A DNA stretch of 64,000 bases, from the IMG/VR virus record IMGVR_UViG_3300036045_000006, one strand, 5' to 3'. The translations under genes and the position numbers were made by a program. The notes beneath the pieces were generated by a model. It saw only the letters and a program-made list of their open reading frames with translations. It was not told the DNA's origin and searched no databases. The DNA is from an uncultured virus (IMG/VR IMGVR_UViG_3300036045_000006). Its lineage: Duplodnaviria > Heunggongvirae > Uroviricota > Caudoviricetes. Below are positions 10,017 to 19,527 of this stretch, in pieces; the stretch's first letter is position 1; each line of letters opens with the position of its first letter.

Positions 10017-11353
10017 GCGGAATCCTCTCTAATCGGTTCAAGACCCAGTTGTGATAGACGATCCAGCGTCGCGGCCAGATGCGCCGGGACAAGTTCGATG
10101 CCGTATCCGGTGCGGCCCATCTGCTCGCACGCGACGATCGTCGTGCCGCTGCCCGCAAACGGATCTAGGATGCCATCGCCCGGCGACGTAAATGTGGACA
10201 AGGCCCAGACCGGCAGTTCATCCGGCATGGTGGCCGCGATCAGTTCCGGGTACGGATTGTGACGCTGCGGCGCAATATCCACCACATTGGATACCGTGCC
10301 GCGAAACGGTTTGTTGCCAAACGCGCGGGACGGATGCTCGCGGCGGCTGAACATCAGCAGGTATTCATAATCGCTGTTCATCACCCGCTCAGCCATGGCC
10401 GGCTGTGACGCGCCTTTGTCCCAGATGGCGATGTCGGCCAGCCGGTGGCGAAAGGCGAACAAGTATTCCACCAGCGCGATTTTATTACCCGCCAGCATCT
10501 GGAGGTTGACGAGCGCCCAGTCGCTCACGTCCAGCGCGCATTGGGTAAAGGCCGACAGCAGACCCAGATAATCACTCACATTAAGATCGTCGCCCGCGCC
10601 CAGCACATACTTACTGTCGGTAGTATGGCTGTTATTCGACAACGTTTCGCTCGTCCCGGCATTGTAAGGCGGCGAGGTAAAGGTCAGCGTTACCCGATCA
10701 CGGCCCAGCAGACGCGCGTAGGCCGCTGGCTCGGTCGCATCGGCGCAGATCAGCCGGTGCGTCTGGCCGTGCTTCCCGGCGACCGACCACACATCCCCCG
10801 GCTGTACCGGAAAGGCCGCGAGCAGTTCGGCGGCCCGGCGCTGGCTGGTTTCGCCCGGCGTCTGCTGGGCGCGCTGCGCGTCCGCGGCCTGGTCGACCAA
10901 CCGCCGCAGGTCGTCAATGGCCTGATCATTCAGGCCCGTGGCTGCGATCAGCGTCGGATCGATCCGAATCTCGTCCAGATGCGCCAGCAGTTTCTCATGC
11001 TCGATACTGGCCCGGCGCGCATACTCGTTATCGGCGATGGCAAAGGCCGTCGCTTCGAGAGGCGACAGATGCGCGATGTCCACACACTCGACATACCAGT
11101 CATCATCACGCACCACGACATTGGCGGGCGGCCATGCCAGGTCTATCTCTGGACGCGGCCCCTGCGCTTTGACCAGACGCAGGGCCAGGACGCTGTGATT
11201 GCCACCGCGTACCTGGCCTTCACGCCACACACGCGGCGCATTGTTGAACCCGTACCGGCGGATGCTGCGGGCAATCCCTTCGACATCGCCCCGGTTGTAA
11301 TTGTCATCCCAAATCCGTAACGCGGATAAGGGCCGATAGGAGTCTTGTGTCAT
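10013..11353 (-). CDS. ParB-like N-terminal domain fused to a beta-class DNA amino-methyltransferase (probably m4C)
   Basis: N-terminal IARSIRRYGFNN...GGNH...AFAIADN; motif IV FTSPPY precedes motif I ILDPFAGSGTT. Confidence 0.9.
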   Translation of the reverse strand: MTQDSYRPLSALRIWDDNYNRGDVEGIARSIRRYGFNNAPRVWREGQVRGGNHSVLALRLVKAQGPRPEIDLAWPPANVVVRDDDWYVECVDIAHLSPLEATAFAIADNEYARRASIEHEKLLAHLDEIRIDPTLIAATGLNDQAIDDLRRLVDQAADAQRAQQTPGETSQRRAAELLAAFPVQPGDVWSVAGKHGQTHRLICADATEPAAYARLLGRDRVTLTFTSPPYNAGTSETLSNNSHTTDSKYVLGAGDDLNVSDYLGLLSAFTQCALDVSDWALVNLQMLAGNKIALVEYLFAFRHRLADIAIWDKGASQPAMAERVMNSDYEYLLMFSRREHPSRAFGNKPFRGTVSNVVDIAPQRHNPYPELIAATMPDELPVWALSTFTSPGDGILDPFAGSGTTIVACEQMGRTGYGIELVPAHLAATLDRLSQLGLEPIREDSA

Positions 11354-11937
11354 CGCATGGCCTCAACGCTGCTATCATTCAGGCTCTATTATAGAGAACA
11401 TTTGACCTATATCCAAAGCGATTAAAATATCCCAAAATCATTTCGTATAATTCGCATTGTGCGAAGTAATCCGTATACACATGGTTTATAACGTTGTGTT
11501 ACGCAAATCAGCGAATGAAGAAACGTCCCAGAACGCGCAAATTTCGATAGCGCGTAGGATGATACGTCTTGCAAAAATAAATCGCGTGGCGCGTTTCCTG
11601 GCGCGTCGGGTGCGATACTTTGTGATCAATCAACGCATTTTACTAGAACATAAATTCTGTAAAAACCGAACGTCCGTTCTTGCAGGAATCGCGTCCTGGC
11701 GCGTCCTGGCTCATGAACAGATGTTCTAAAGAATTGCCCAATCAGGTAAGCGCATTCTCTATAGAATTTGTGAGCGTGTTGACTGTTCGGTTATAGAACT
11801 CGGCCTCGTCAGAAAGCGTTAACATAATGGGTTATCTCAATGAATTGTCAACGATCTGAGGGGAAGTACAACCTCGATTAACTCTCACATCGGCCTTAAT
11901 GCTTTTCCTCGCATAAACTATAGTAATATGGTACAAT
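11354..11937. promoter_or_regulatory. AT-rich divergent control region between late (packaging) and early genes, with four LexA-type boxes
   Basis: TATAAT on - at 11388-11393. Boxes at 11396-11407 (GAACATTTGACC, 2 mismatches), 11646-11657 (GAACATAAATTC), 11668-11679 (GAACGTCCGTTC, perfect) and 11715-11726 (GAACAGATGTTC, perfect). Confidence 0.75.
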
Positions 11938-12005
11938 TTAATTGTCAGTGGATCACTGACCGGCGCGCGCGGCGCAATTCCCGCGTATGCAAGGAGTCTT
12001 GTATC

Positions 12006-12584
12006 ATGTCCAACGTCCCTACCCTGAAGGCACTTTTTAATCGGATCGGAATCGCAGTGGCAGCGGCGGAGGAAAGCGAGGACGTCATACGCGCCGTCCT
12101 CACTCCGGTTCAGTTCACCAAAATGCGGGCGATGATCAAAAGCGCCCGGCTGATCGATATTGACGGGGCCAAAGTGATCGCCTACTGCGATCCGGCGGAA
12201 TTAAAGACGCTGGCGGCAGCCGGTCTTAAAGCGCCTCGCAGCGCAATCGAGGCCGACATTACCAGCCGAACGATTTACACCATCGATGCGCCCAACGCCA
12301 CCAACCTGATCACCGGCGCAACCTGGGATAGCAGCGCCAACGCCGGGCGTGGTGCGGGCCAGATTTACATCAACACCGGGGCCGTCACCATCCAGGTGGG
12401 ACGGGCCGAGGAATTTTACGAAATCAAGCCGGATGGCGACCCGGATCGACCGGTCTACTTCGTTGATGTGCTGCTGGCGGCAGATGATGAACGCGATCAG
12501 GAAGCGCTGGTGGTCTCAGCCTACGGCCTGACAAACCTGTTTCGTCGTCTGACTTCACTGCGCCGGACGATCATCGTCCAGTAG
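12006..12584 (+). CDS. Hypothetical early protein
   Basis: RBS AAGGAG before ATG 12006; followed by a GC hairpin at about 12592-12620. Confidence 0.65.
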   Translation: MSNVPTLKALFNRIGIAVAAAEESEDVIRAVLTPVQFTKMRAMIKSARLIDIDGAKVIAYCDPAELKTLAAAGLKAPRSAIEADITSRTIYTIDAPNATNLITGATWDSSANAGRGAGQIYINTGAVTIQVGRAEEFYEIKPDGDPDRPVYFVDVLLAADDERDQEALVVSAYGLTNLFRRLTSLRRTIIVQ

Positions 12585-12883
12585 ACAAAATGGGGGCGGG
12601 GCCTCATCTGCCCTGCCCCCTTGATGGACAACGAAACAACAACCGCATCAGATCGTATCCGCCGGGGCTGGCAGCCGTCAACCCCGGCTTTAACGATCAG
12701 CACGCAGAAGGTCGCGTGCGAAAACCGGCCCATCCAGCCGCGCGCATCCGCGTTATTCCGCATATCTTTCAAATCGCATTACACCTCACAGCCTGAAATC
12801 CTGTGCTTATCCCAGACCCGCCGCCCCGAAATCCCGCGCTATCGCACACACGTTCCAAAATCCCGCCGTCGCGCGCCGTTGGC

Positions 12884-12912
12884 TTGACTTATCTATAGTA
12901 ATATAGTACACT
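12884..12912 (+). promoter_or_regulatory. Sigma70 promoter with CTATAG-AATAT operator (family A)
   Basis: TTGACT-17-TACACT; the spacer motif is shared with 11918-11937 and 14380-14399. Confidence 0.8.
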
Positions 12913-12953
12913 TCTCGCGTCACATCAAATCACACGAAGGAGCGTCCATCTCC

Positions 12954-13856
12954 ATGGCGCCATTCCGCTTCGAGAATTACACCACCGGCGACGGCCTGCC
13001 GGCGTTGTCCAGCGAACTCCATATCCGCGACATGCCGGCCACCCGCGTCGACTTTCCTGAGGACCTGCGCAACCGGGCACAGCGCGCGTCACGCATCATC
13101 GCCGACAGCCTCAGTGAGCTGGTCGAGCGGATCCGCCTGGTGCGCGATCTGCCGGTCGGCGCAAGTCTGGACCCGCGCAAACGGCACGCCGTCGGCATCG
13201 GTCTGCGCCAGGGGTCGATTGATGTCGAGGTGATCCGGCCTTACCAGCGCAAAACGCTGAGCCTCGACCTGCCGCGCGTTGGCATCGTGGCATCTGCCGG
13301 TGTCAACGAGGTCAACAGTGATCCGGGCTTCATCGCGCGGATCACGATGCTGACGATCGCCGTCACCTGGGCGTGCGAGATCATCGGCGCGGAAGTCACC
13401 GCCGCGCTGACAGAGGGGCATATCCGGCAGGGGCAGAAACCCATGTGGAACCGGTTCGCGCTTCGATCAGCAAGCGTGCAGCGCGCGCAGCTGGCCTTCA
13501 TCCTGCACGAGCCGGGGCAGTTCACGCCGCTCCAGTGTTACGCGGTCGCCCTGGACCGTGATGAATTTTACAGCAGCGGTTTTGCCGGAGCCTACCGCCG
13601 CGACCCACGCGCTGCCGAAGTCATGGGCAGTCTGCAGGGCCAGCGCCGGGCGCGCTGGGAATCGGCGCATCTCAGTGTGGACGGCGGACACGCGGTCGAC
13701 TGGGCGCGCAGCCGGTGGGACTGCGACCTGGTCGTCGCCATCGGCAAGGTGGCCGATCCGAGCGCCGCCGACATCGTTTTGGAGAACGATTTTACTGTCG
13801 AGCAGGCCTGCACCTCGATCGCGCAGCAGGCTGCTGGCATGATGCAGCGCACCTGA
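12954..13856 (+). CDS. Putative vWA-like partner of the MoxR-type ATPase
   Basis: RBS GAAGGAG; GASLDP...PYQRK followed by a beta-alpha pattern as in CobT/vWA-type proteins; no clear MIDAS motif. Confidence 0.45.
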   Translation: MAPFRFENYTTGDGLPALSSELHIRDMPATRVDFPEDLRNRAQRASRIIADSLSELVERIRLVRDLPVGASLDPRKRHAVGIGLRQGSIDVEVIRPYQRKTLSLDLPRVGIVASAGVNEVNSDPGFIARITMLTIAVTWACEIIGAEVTAALTEGHIRQGQKPMWNRFALRSASVQRAQLAFILHEPGQFTPLQCYAVALDRDEFYSSGFAGAYRRDPRAAEVMGSLQGQRRARWESAHLSVDGGHAVDWARSRWDCDLVVAIGKVADPSAADIVLENDFTVEQACTSIAQQAAGMMQRT

Positions 13857-13874
13857 AAAAAAAAGAGAGGTCAA

Positions 13875-14102
13875 ATGAAAACACTGTACAGCGCCCAGGA
13901 AGCGATCCGCTATCTGGGCACGTCTCAGGGAACGTTCTATAAATGGCTGAACGATGAATCGATGCCCCTGTACGGGGAAATCGTCACCAACAGCCGCATC
14001 TTCCGACGTGAAGAGCTGGACGCCTTTATCGCGTTCCGGGAGGCCAATCCGGATCGCTTCGGAAGCGGTCGCCGGAGCCGCGCCCAGAAGGCCGGCGAGT
14101 AA
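13875..14102 (+). CDS. Small helix-turn-helix protein (excisionase/MerR-like)
   Basis: LYSAQEAIRYLGTSQGTFYKW...RIFRREELDAF. Confidence 0.8.
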   Translation: MKTLYSAQEAIRYLGTSQGTFYKWLNDESMPLYGEIVTNSRIFRREELDAFIAFREANPDRFGSGRRSRAQKAGE

Positions 14103-14370
14103 GCGTCTCGACATCGACGACGGTTACCGACTCATAGCGAATGCCGCCCTGCTCGCAGTCCAGGCGCGCGATCGACACGATCCACTGACCCGCATCGTCG
14201 TGGAGGCGTACCCACTCGATCGCCCCGAACTGCTGCTCGGCGGCGGCTTCCGCGTCCTCCACAAAATCATAGTGCTCCGAAAAGCCTTCCCAGTCGCCGT
14301 CAGGCGTCTGGCCGCAGTAAGCCAGCTGCACCGGATTAAAATTCGGCTCCATCCAGTTTTCCTTTCAGGC

Positions 14371-14399
14371 TTGACACATCTATAGCAATATGCTATACT
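14371..14399 (+). promoter_or_regulatory. Sigma70 promoter with palindromic operator TATAGCA-ATA-TGCTATA (family A)
   Basis: TTGACA 14371-14376, 17-nt spacer, TATACT 14394-14399. Confidence 0.85.
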
Positions 14400-14441
14400 T
14401 CTTTATGTCGCACGAAATCACACACAGGAAAGGTCATCCCC

Positions 14442-14729
14442 ATGATCGCCAATGCTGCTCTGAACGTCAAGTCTCTGTCTGTCGAAGACCTCGACGCTAT
14501 GGACGCCGACGCCCTGCTGTCCTCTCTGCGCCAGGTCGCCATCTATTACCAGGAGGGTCAGGCCGTGCCCGCAAACGCCTGGTACATTCGCGGCGACCTC
14601 TACATCCGCGTGGACATCACCCATCGTCTTACGGTCTGGTACACCTTTATCGACCTGGGAACGCTGGAACACTTCAGCGAAACCCGGCTCGATCGTGCGG
14701 CGCGCATCCTGCGTCTGGCGCTGGATTGA
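14442..14729 (+). CDS. Hypothetical protein
   Basis: Follows the promoter and an AGGAAAGG RBS. Confidence 0.6.
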   Translation: MIANAALNVKSLSVEDLDAMDADALLSSLRQVAIYYQEGQAVPANAWYIRGDLYIRVDITHRLTVWYTFIDLGTLEHFSETRLDRAARILRLALD

Positions 14730-14754
14730 CAAAATAATTATTTACTGACATAAT
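14726..14754 (+). promoter_or_regulatory. Sigma70 promoter with AAATAATTATTT operator (family B)
   Basis: TTGACA-17-CATAAT; the same core recurs at 38503-38531. Confidence 0.8.
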
Positions 14755-14772
14755 GTTTGCTAGGAGCAGAAT

Positions 14773-15933
14773 ATGGCGATCATTGCACACCAAATCGGCA
14801 AAAACTGGGTCATTCCGGCCAACGACCACACCTACGCGCACCGTCAGACGCTGGCGCAGTATGGCGGTCGCTACTCGAAGGCCACTAAGTCCTGGACGTT
14901 CTACGTGAGTCTGCCGGAGCAGGTGCGCGATCTTTGCACAAGCATTGAGACTGCCAGTTTTGAGACTGCCAGCAACAAGCAGTCGATCGACGACCTGATC
15001 GACGCGTTCATGAGCCAGAACAACGTGGACGAGGTGCTCACGATCCAGGTGTCCGACATCGCGCCCAAAGCGCCGATCTACATCGTCGATATGGACGCGC
15101 TTCCTAAATGGTTCAGCCCTCACTCCTGGTGGGATCGGCTCAACCTGTACATCGCCCGACGCCCGTCAACCTCGATTGTCGGCCCAACCGGTAACGGCAA
15201 AACCACCATGGCCGAAATGGCGCTGCGGGCGCAGGCCTTTGACTACGAGATGATTTCCTGCACGGATCAGACCACCGTCACCGACCTGGTCGGCGGACTG
15301 ATCCTTCGCGCCAGCGGCGAGGAATGGATCGACGGCATCATCACCCGCTGCTTCCGGGCGGGCAAGGGCATCATCCTCGACGAAGCCGATGCGCTTGACC
15401 CGCGCGTCGGCCTGGCGATGCAGAACGCGCTGCAGGATCCCGGGCCGGACGGCCGAGGGCGCTATGTGTCCCTGCCCACCGGTGAACGGGTCTACCCGAC
15501 CGGGAAATGCCCGATCGTCCAGACCTGGAACACGTTCGGCACCGGCGCCACACGCCAGTACGTCGGCCGCAACAAGCTGGATGCCGCCTCGGTGGATCGC
15601 ACCAGCATTTTGTTCACCCGGTACGAGAACGAGGACTCGATCCTCACCGGGCGCGGTGTGTCCGCCGACCTCACCCACCGGCTCGTGACCTGGGCGCAGG
15701 CCGTCCGCGCCAAAATCGACGCCGCCGGGCTGCCGATCTCCCTCAGCCCGCGCACGCTGCTGCGCATCGCCGAAGGCGTTCAGGATTTTGACTGGACGCT
15801 GCCGATGGCCTGCGAATTTGAATTTTACGAACGGATCAGTCCCGACCAGGTCGGCGAGATTCGCGTTGACCCCGTGTCCACAGAACGCGGGACGGCTTCG
15901 GATATTCATTCATCCTTTTCCTGGAAGAAGTAA
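14773..15933 (+). CDS. MoxR/CbbQ/CobS-type AAA+ ATPase
   Basis: Walker A IVGPTGNGKTT, Walker B IILDEAD, YVGRNKLDAASVDR, sensor ISLSPRTL. Confidence 0.9.
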   Translation: MAIIAHQIGKNWVIPANDHTYAHRQTLAQYGGRYSKATKSWTFYVSLPEQVRDLCTSIETASFETASNKQSIDDLIDAFMSQNNVDEVLTIQVSDIAPKAPIYIVDMDALPKWFSPHSWWDRLNLYIARRPSTSIVGPTGNGKTTMAEMALRAQAFDYEMISCTDQTTVTDLVGGLILRASGEEWIDGIITRCFRAGKGIILDEADALDPRVGLAMQNALQDPGPDGRGRYVSLPTGERVYPTGKCPIVQTWNTFGTGATRQYVGRNKLDAASVDRTSILFTRYENEDSILTGRGVSADLTHRLVTWAQAVRAKIDAAGLPISLSPRTLLRIAEGVQDFDWTLPMACEFEFYERISPDQVGEIRVDPVSTERGTASDIHSSFSWKK

Positions 15934-15944
15934 GGAGTTTGCAG

Positions 15945-16637
15945 ATGACCGCGCTTGAAGTTCTCTACCAAAAGGCCGTGAACCACATCCAGGCCAAAAC
16001 CCTGCTCCGGATGGCCCTGTTTAACGCCACCCGCGACCTCGAACACGCCCGTAGCGGCGAACGCCTGGCCCGCACCGACCTGAAGGCCATCGATGAGATG
16101 GAAGGCGACGTTCGCGAAGGCGCCAACTGGGCGACAGCCAGACAGGACACCGTCCAGGCGCTGAACGCGATCCAGGATCAAATTCGCGCGCTGGAAGCGC
16201 AGATCCGCCAGCTCGAAAACAAGCTGGCGGAGGGCGATTTGCTCTCAAGCCGGCTGGTCGAAACCATCCTCATGCGCCGGGCGCAGATCGCAGCCGATCA
16301 CGCCGAGACCGCCAAACGCTGGAAGAAGGAGGCCAACAAGGCCGATCTGCCCGGCTGGCTGAAGGGCAAAATCATCAAGGCCGCCGCCCAACTCCGCGAC
16401 GAGGCGGAAACGGCGAAGAAGGCGATCGCCGCGCAGCACGCGGTCTCGATCGAATTACACGGCAAGATCGTCAAAAACAACGTCAAGCTGATCAGCCAGA
16501 GCAAAAACAGCGCGCAGATCGTGATCTGCGTTAACGGCAAGTCCTACACACGACACGTCCGGGTCGAAGCCGGCAAATACGTCGGCAACGGCATCCTGGC
16601 CGGGCTGGGCCGCGTCGAATACGGGGTGGCAGGCTGA
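15945..16637 (+). CDS. Coiled-coil hypothetical protein
   Basis: RBS TAAGGAG; heptad-rich sequence. Confidence 0.65.
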   Translation: MTALEVLYQKAVNHIQAKTLLRMALFNATRDLEHARSGERLARTDLKAIDEMEGDVREGANWATARQDTVQALNAIQDQIRALEAQIRQLENKLAEGDLLSSRLVETILMRRAQIAADHAETAKRWKKEANKADLPGWLKGKIIKAAAQLRDEAETAKKAIAAQHAVSIELHGKIVKNNVKLISQSKNSAQIVICVNGKSYTRHVRVEAGKYVGNGILAGLGRVEYGVAG

Positions 16638-16924
16638 TGGCAAGCTATACCATCAAAGTGCAGGATGATCTCCTTTCCCTGGCTGATGTGCGCCGCAAGC
16701 TCGAAGCCTTCGCCGAATTGTACGGGTCTTCGGAGATCGTCATTCGCGGGAAATGCCTGCAAGCGGAACGAGGCCAGGTATTTCCGTTCAATGGCGTTGC
16801 TGTTGCCGCCATCGGACGGAAATACCTACACATCATCGTAGACGGCGAATCGGATCGTATAGCGTTTGACTTCAACCCCGATCACGGCGTCGAGGAAATC
16901 ACCTTTATTAGTAAGGAGGCATGA
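16637..16924 (+). CDS. Hypothetical protein
   Basis: TGATG coupling to the upstream gene. Confidence 0.6.
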   Translation: MASYTIKVQDDLLSLADVRRKLEAFAELYGSSEIVIRGKCLQAERGQVFPFNGVAVAAIGRKYLHIIVDGESDRIAFDFNPDHGVEEITFISKEA

Positions 16925-17319
16925 TGAGCATTTCGAGCTTTCAACGTTACAAAGGGGACGTTTTACTCGAAAAACGTGACGAAACGAGGGAGGTCACTTT
17001 CCAGATTGACGAATGGACAGTGATTATCAATCAAAACATCCGCCGGGAATATGTTAACGGTAGACAGGAGAGCCAGAAGACCGCTGGGCTGAACATCACC
17101 CTATTTAAAGATGACTACCATTTGAAGGGTTACCTGGAGTTTGATGACAAGCGGTCTTACAGGCCCCGCTTTTGGTGGAAAATCAATCCGGTTAAGCGTC
17201 GGCAATACGATCCGGCCAAAATCTCCGACCTGCTCGATAAGGTCTGGGCCTTTTGGCAAAGCCCGGAATGTCAGCGCATGATGCTGAAACAGACCATTGA
17301 AAAGCTGAAGGCGAAATGA
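16921..17319 (+). CDS. Hypothetical protein (lower GC)
   Basis: RBS AAGGAGG; ATGA overlap. Confidence 0.6.
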   Translation: MMSISSFQRYKGDVLLEKRDETREVTFQIDEWTVIINQNIRREYVNGRQESQKTAGLNITLFKDDYHLKGYLEFDDKRSYRPRFWWKINPVKRRQYDPAKISDLLDKVWAFWQSPECQRMMLKQTIEKLKAK

Positions 17320-17572
17320 GGTCGCTCCGGGAACAACTGAACCTGCTTTTCGATTGGCAAGCCCTTCTAAAGGTCGAACTGGCGGCACTCGCGGAGACCA
17401 CTCCATGACCCGCAAACAGCGCAACTACGAGGCGCGACAGAAACGCCGCGCTGCCAACGCGCAGGGCTACCCGAAAACTCCGACCCTGTCGCTGCGTCCG
17501 GGAACGGTCGCCCAGACCGCACTCTGGGCGCGCGCCATGCGCTTCATGGCGAATGATTAGGAGGATCGTGCC

Positions 17573-18118
17573 TTGAATCTCAATGACTATCAGATGGAGG
17601 CGGGTAAAACCGCCATCTACCCGGAAGAGGGCGAAGGCTCACCGGCTGCCCTCGCCTATACCGCCCTTGGCCTGACCGGTGAAGCCGGCGAGGTCGCCAA
17701 CAAGGTCAAAAAGCTCCTGCGCGATGGCGACCAGCCCGAACTGCGCCAGGCCATCATCGACGAACTGGGTGACGTGCTGTGGTACGTCGCCATGACCGCG
17801 CACGAACTCGCGATCCCACTGGATGAGGTCGCGGCGCGCAACCTGGACAAGCTCCAGCAGCGCCAGCAGACCGGGACGATCGGCGGCAGCGGCGATCAGC
17901 GCGAAGTCCCAGCTGCCAAAAGCCTGCACGCATTCAAGGTCGGCGACCGGGTACGTGTAGAGATTTACAGCCATCGGCACGCCAACCGCACGGGCACGAA
18001 TATTGACGTCAGCAGCGTCTATCCAGGCGCGTGGCGGGTTCAGTTCGATGACGATGGCTCGTGGTTAAGTTTTTACAGCCACGAGATCACTGCCCTTGGC
18101 GCTGAGGCTGATGCCTAA
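17573..18118 (+). CDS. MazG-like NTP pyrophosphohydrolase with a C-terminal SH3/KOW-like domain
   Basis: LGLTGEAGEVANKVKK...DELGDVLWYV...NLDKL; tail FKVGDRVRV. Confidence 0.9.
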   Translation: MNLNDYQMEAGKTAIYPEEGEGSPAALAYTALGLTGEAGEVANKVKKLLRDGDQPELRQAIIDELGDVLWYVAMTAHELAIPLDEVAARNLDKLQQRQQTGTIGGSGDQREVPAAKSLHAFKVGDRVRVEIYSHRHANRTGTNIDVSSVYPGAWRVQFDDDGSWLSFYSHEITALGAEADA

Positions 18119-18431
18119 CATCATCCCCTACATCAAGCGCCAACCCGGCGACCCGGCCCTGGTGGAGAAAATCCACCGGGCGACGGGCGGGGTAACAGGG
18201 GTGTGGCGTGTATACCTCGAATATCTCAGCGAACAAAGGACGTTCGTCCTCAAATATGCGCAGCAGGAAGGCAAGCGCCGCGTATACGATCACTTCCTGC
18301 TGGAAGAAACCGAGGCGCGGGAACTGACACCCCACGCCATCACCCACCGCTACGTCAACAAGGTGTACGGGATCACCAGCGGCGATCCCGAGTTCGACGC
18401 CGAAACCGAATGGGAGGAGATACCATTTTGA
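18111..18431 (+). CDS. Hypothetical protein with SSB-like acidic tail
   Basis: Ends ...DAETEWEEIPF. Confidence 0.6.
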   Translation: MPNIIPYIKRQPGDPALVEKIHRATGGVTGVWRVYLEYLSEQRTFVLKYAQQEGKRRVYDHFLLEETEARELTPHAITHRYVNKVYGITSGDPEFDAETEWEEIPF

Positions 18432-18793
18432 ATACCGACTCAACTAAAAAGCTCTCCGACCTGATCGAGAGCGCCATCCCGCACGCGCATTCGCTTGAAC
18501 TGGCGATCGCGCCCGGCACGTTTGTCGATTACGACGACGACGGTAAACCCTGCTCGGTGTGCCTAATGACGGCCTGCGCCGTCGCTCTGGGCGAACCCAT
18601 CCACGACGACGAGGATCACATCCACTCCTGGGTGCCGTACACCCTGCTTAAGCACGGGTACAACATCCTGGTCACGGTCAATGTGCCTGGCGTGCGGGCG
18701 ATGTGGTTGTTTGACGCGGTGCTGCACCTGTATGACACCCGCGGCTACTCGCCGGAGGACGTGATCGCCTGGCTGCGGGAGCGCGGGCTGTGA
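18428..18793 (+). CDS. Hypothetical protein
   Basis: TTG start overlapping the upstream TGA; RBS GGAGGAG. Confidence 0.55.
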   Translation: MNTDSTKKLSDLIESAIPHAHSLELAIAPGTFVDYDDDGKPCSVCLMTACAVALGEPIHDDEDHIHSWVPYTLLKHGYNILVTVNVPGVRAMWLFDAVLHLYDTRGYSPEDVIAWLRERGL

Positions 18794-19001
18794 CCGCCCC
18801 TACCGAGCAGATGATTCGCCAGGTCGAAGCCCTGATCCGCGGCGAGGAGGCCGATTTCGCGCCTCTGGTCCTGGCCGACTTCGATGAAGGCCGGGAAGAC
18901 CTGGACGAGCAGAACACCGTCCGCTACTGCATGCGGTGGCTGCACCTCTATGGCCGTGTCCCGCGCAACGCCGACATCGCGCCGGTGCAGTGGGCCTGCT
19001 G

Positions 19002-19259
19002 ATGCCGAACCTCAGCCGCACCGAACAGCGCCTGATCTGGCACGTCCTGTACATGCAGGAAGCCCACGGCCAGCACGTCACCCAGGCCGCCATCGCGCGC
19101 TATCTGCGCGTCACCCGGCCCACGGCGCATTACTACGTCCACAAGCTGGCAGGGCGCGGACTGCTGACTATCCAGCATGTGCCCGGTCATCGTCCCGTCA
19201 TCGAGATTAACCCTACGGGCTTCAAAAACGAAAGGCTTGCGAATTTATGCACACGCTGA
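19002..19259 (+). CDS. Winged HTH protein resembling the LexA DNA-binding domain, without a peptidase domain
   Basis: LSRTEQRLIWHV...HGQHVTQAAIARYLRVTRPTAHYYVHKLAGRGLL. Confidence 0.7.
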   Translation: MPNLSRTEQRLIWHVLYMQEAHGQHVTQAAIARYLRVTRPTAHYYVHKLAGRGLLTIQHVPGHRPVIEINPTGFKNERLANLCTR

Positions 19260-19503
19260 ATGATCTGATCTGGTCGAGCGACACCAATGAAGTGCGCGCC
19301 GGGCTGCTGATCGCGCACGCGATCAACAAAAAGCGCGCCCGGGAAACTACAGTGGTCAAGGACGTGGCTGCTTATACCAAGCGCGCCGCCAATGCCATTG
19401 GTGCGCTGGAAGGCGAGTATGAGGATCGTAACGTCGTCCTCGAAGACCTGCGCGAAATCTTCGGCATGCGCATGAAACGCGCCCCCCACACTGGAAGAAA
19501 GTA

Positions 19504-19521
19504 GAACAGGTGTGCTAAAAT
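19504..19521 (+). promoter_or_regulatory. LexA-type box abutting a -10 element
   Basis: GAACAGGTGTGC 19504-19515, then TAAAAT 19516-19521. Confidence 0.6.
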
Positions 19522-19527
19522 TGACGA

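Noticed and set aside
11354..11930. Telomere-resolution site of a linear N15-like plasmid prophage
   Set aside because: No long perfect palindrome and no protelomerase recognised.
13875..14102. Excisionase implying an integrative prophage
   Set aside because: No integrase or att-like site nearby; this HTH family also includes ordinary regulators.
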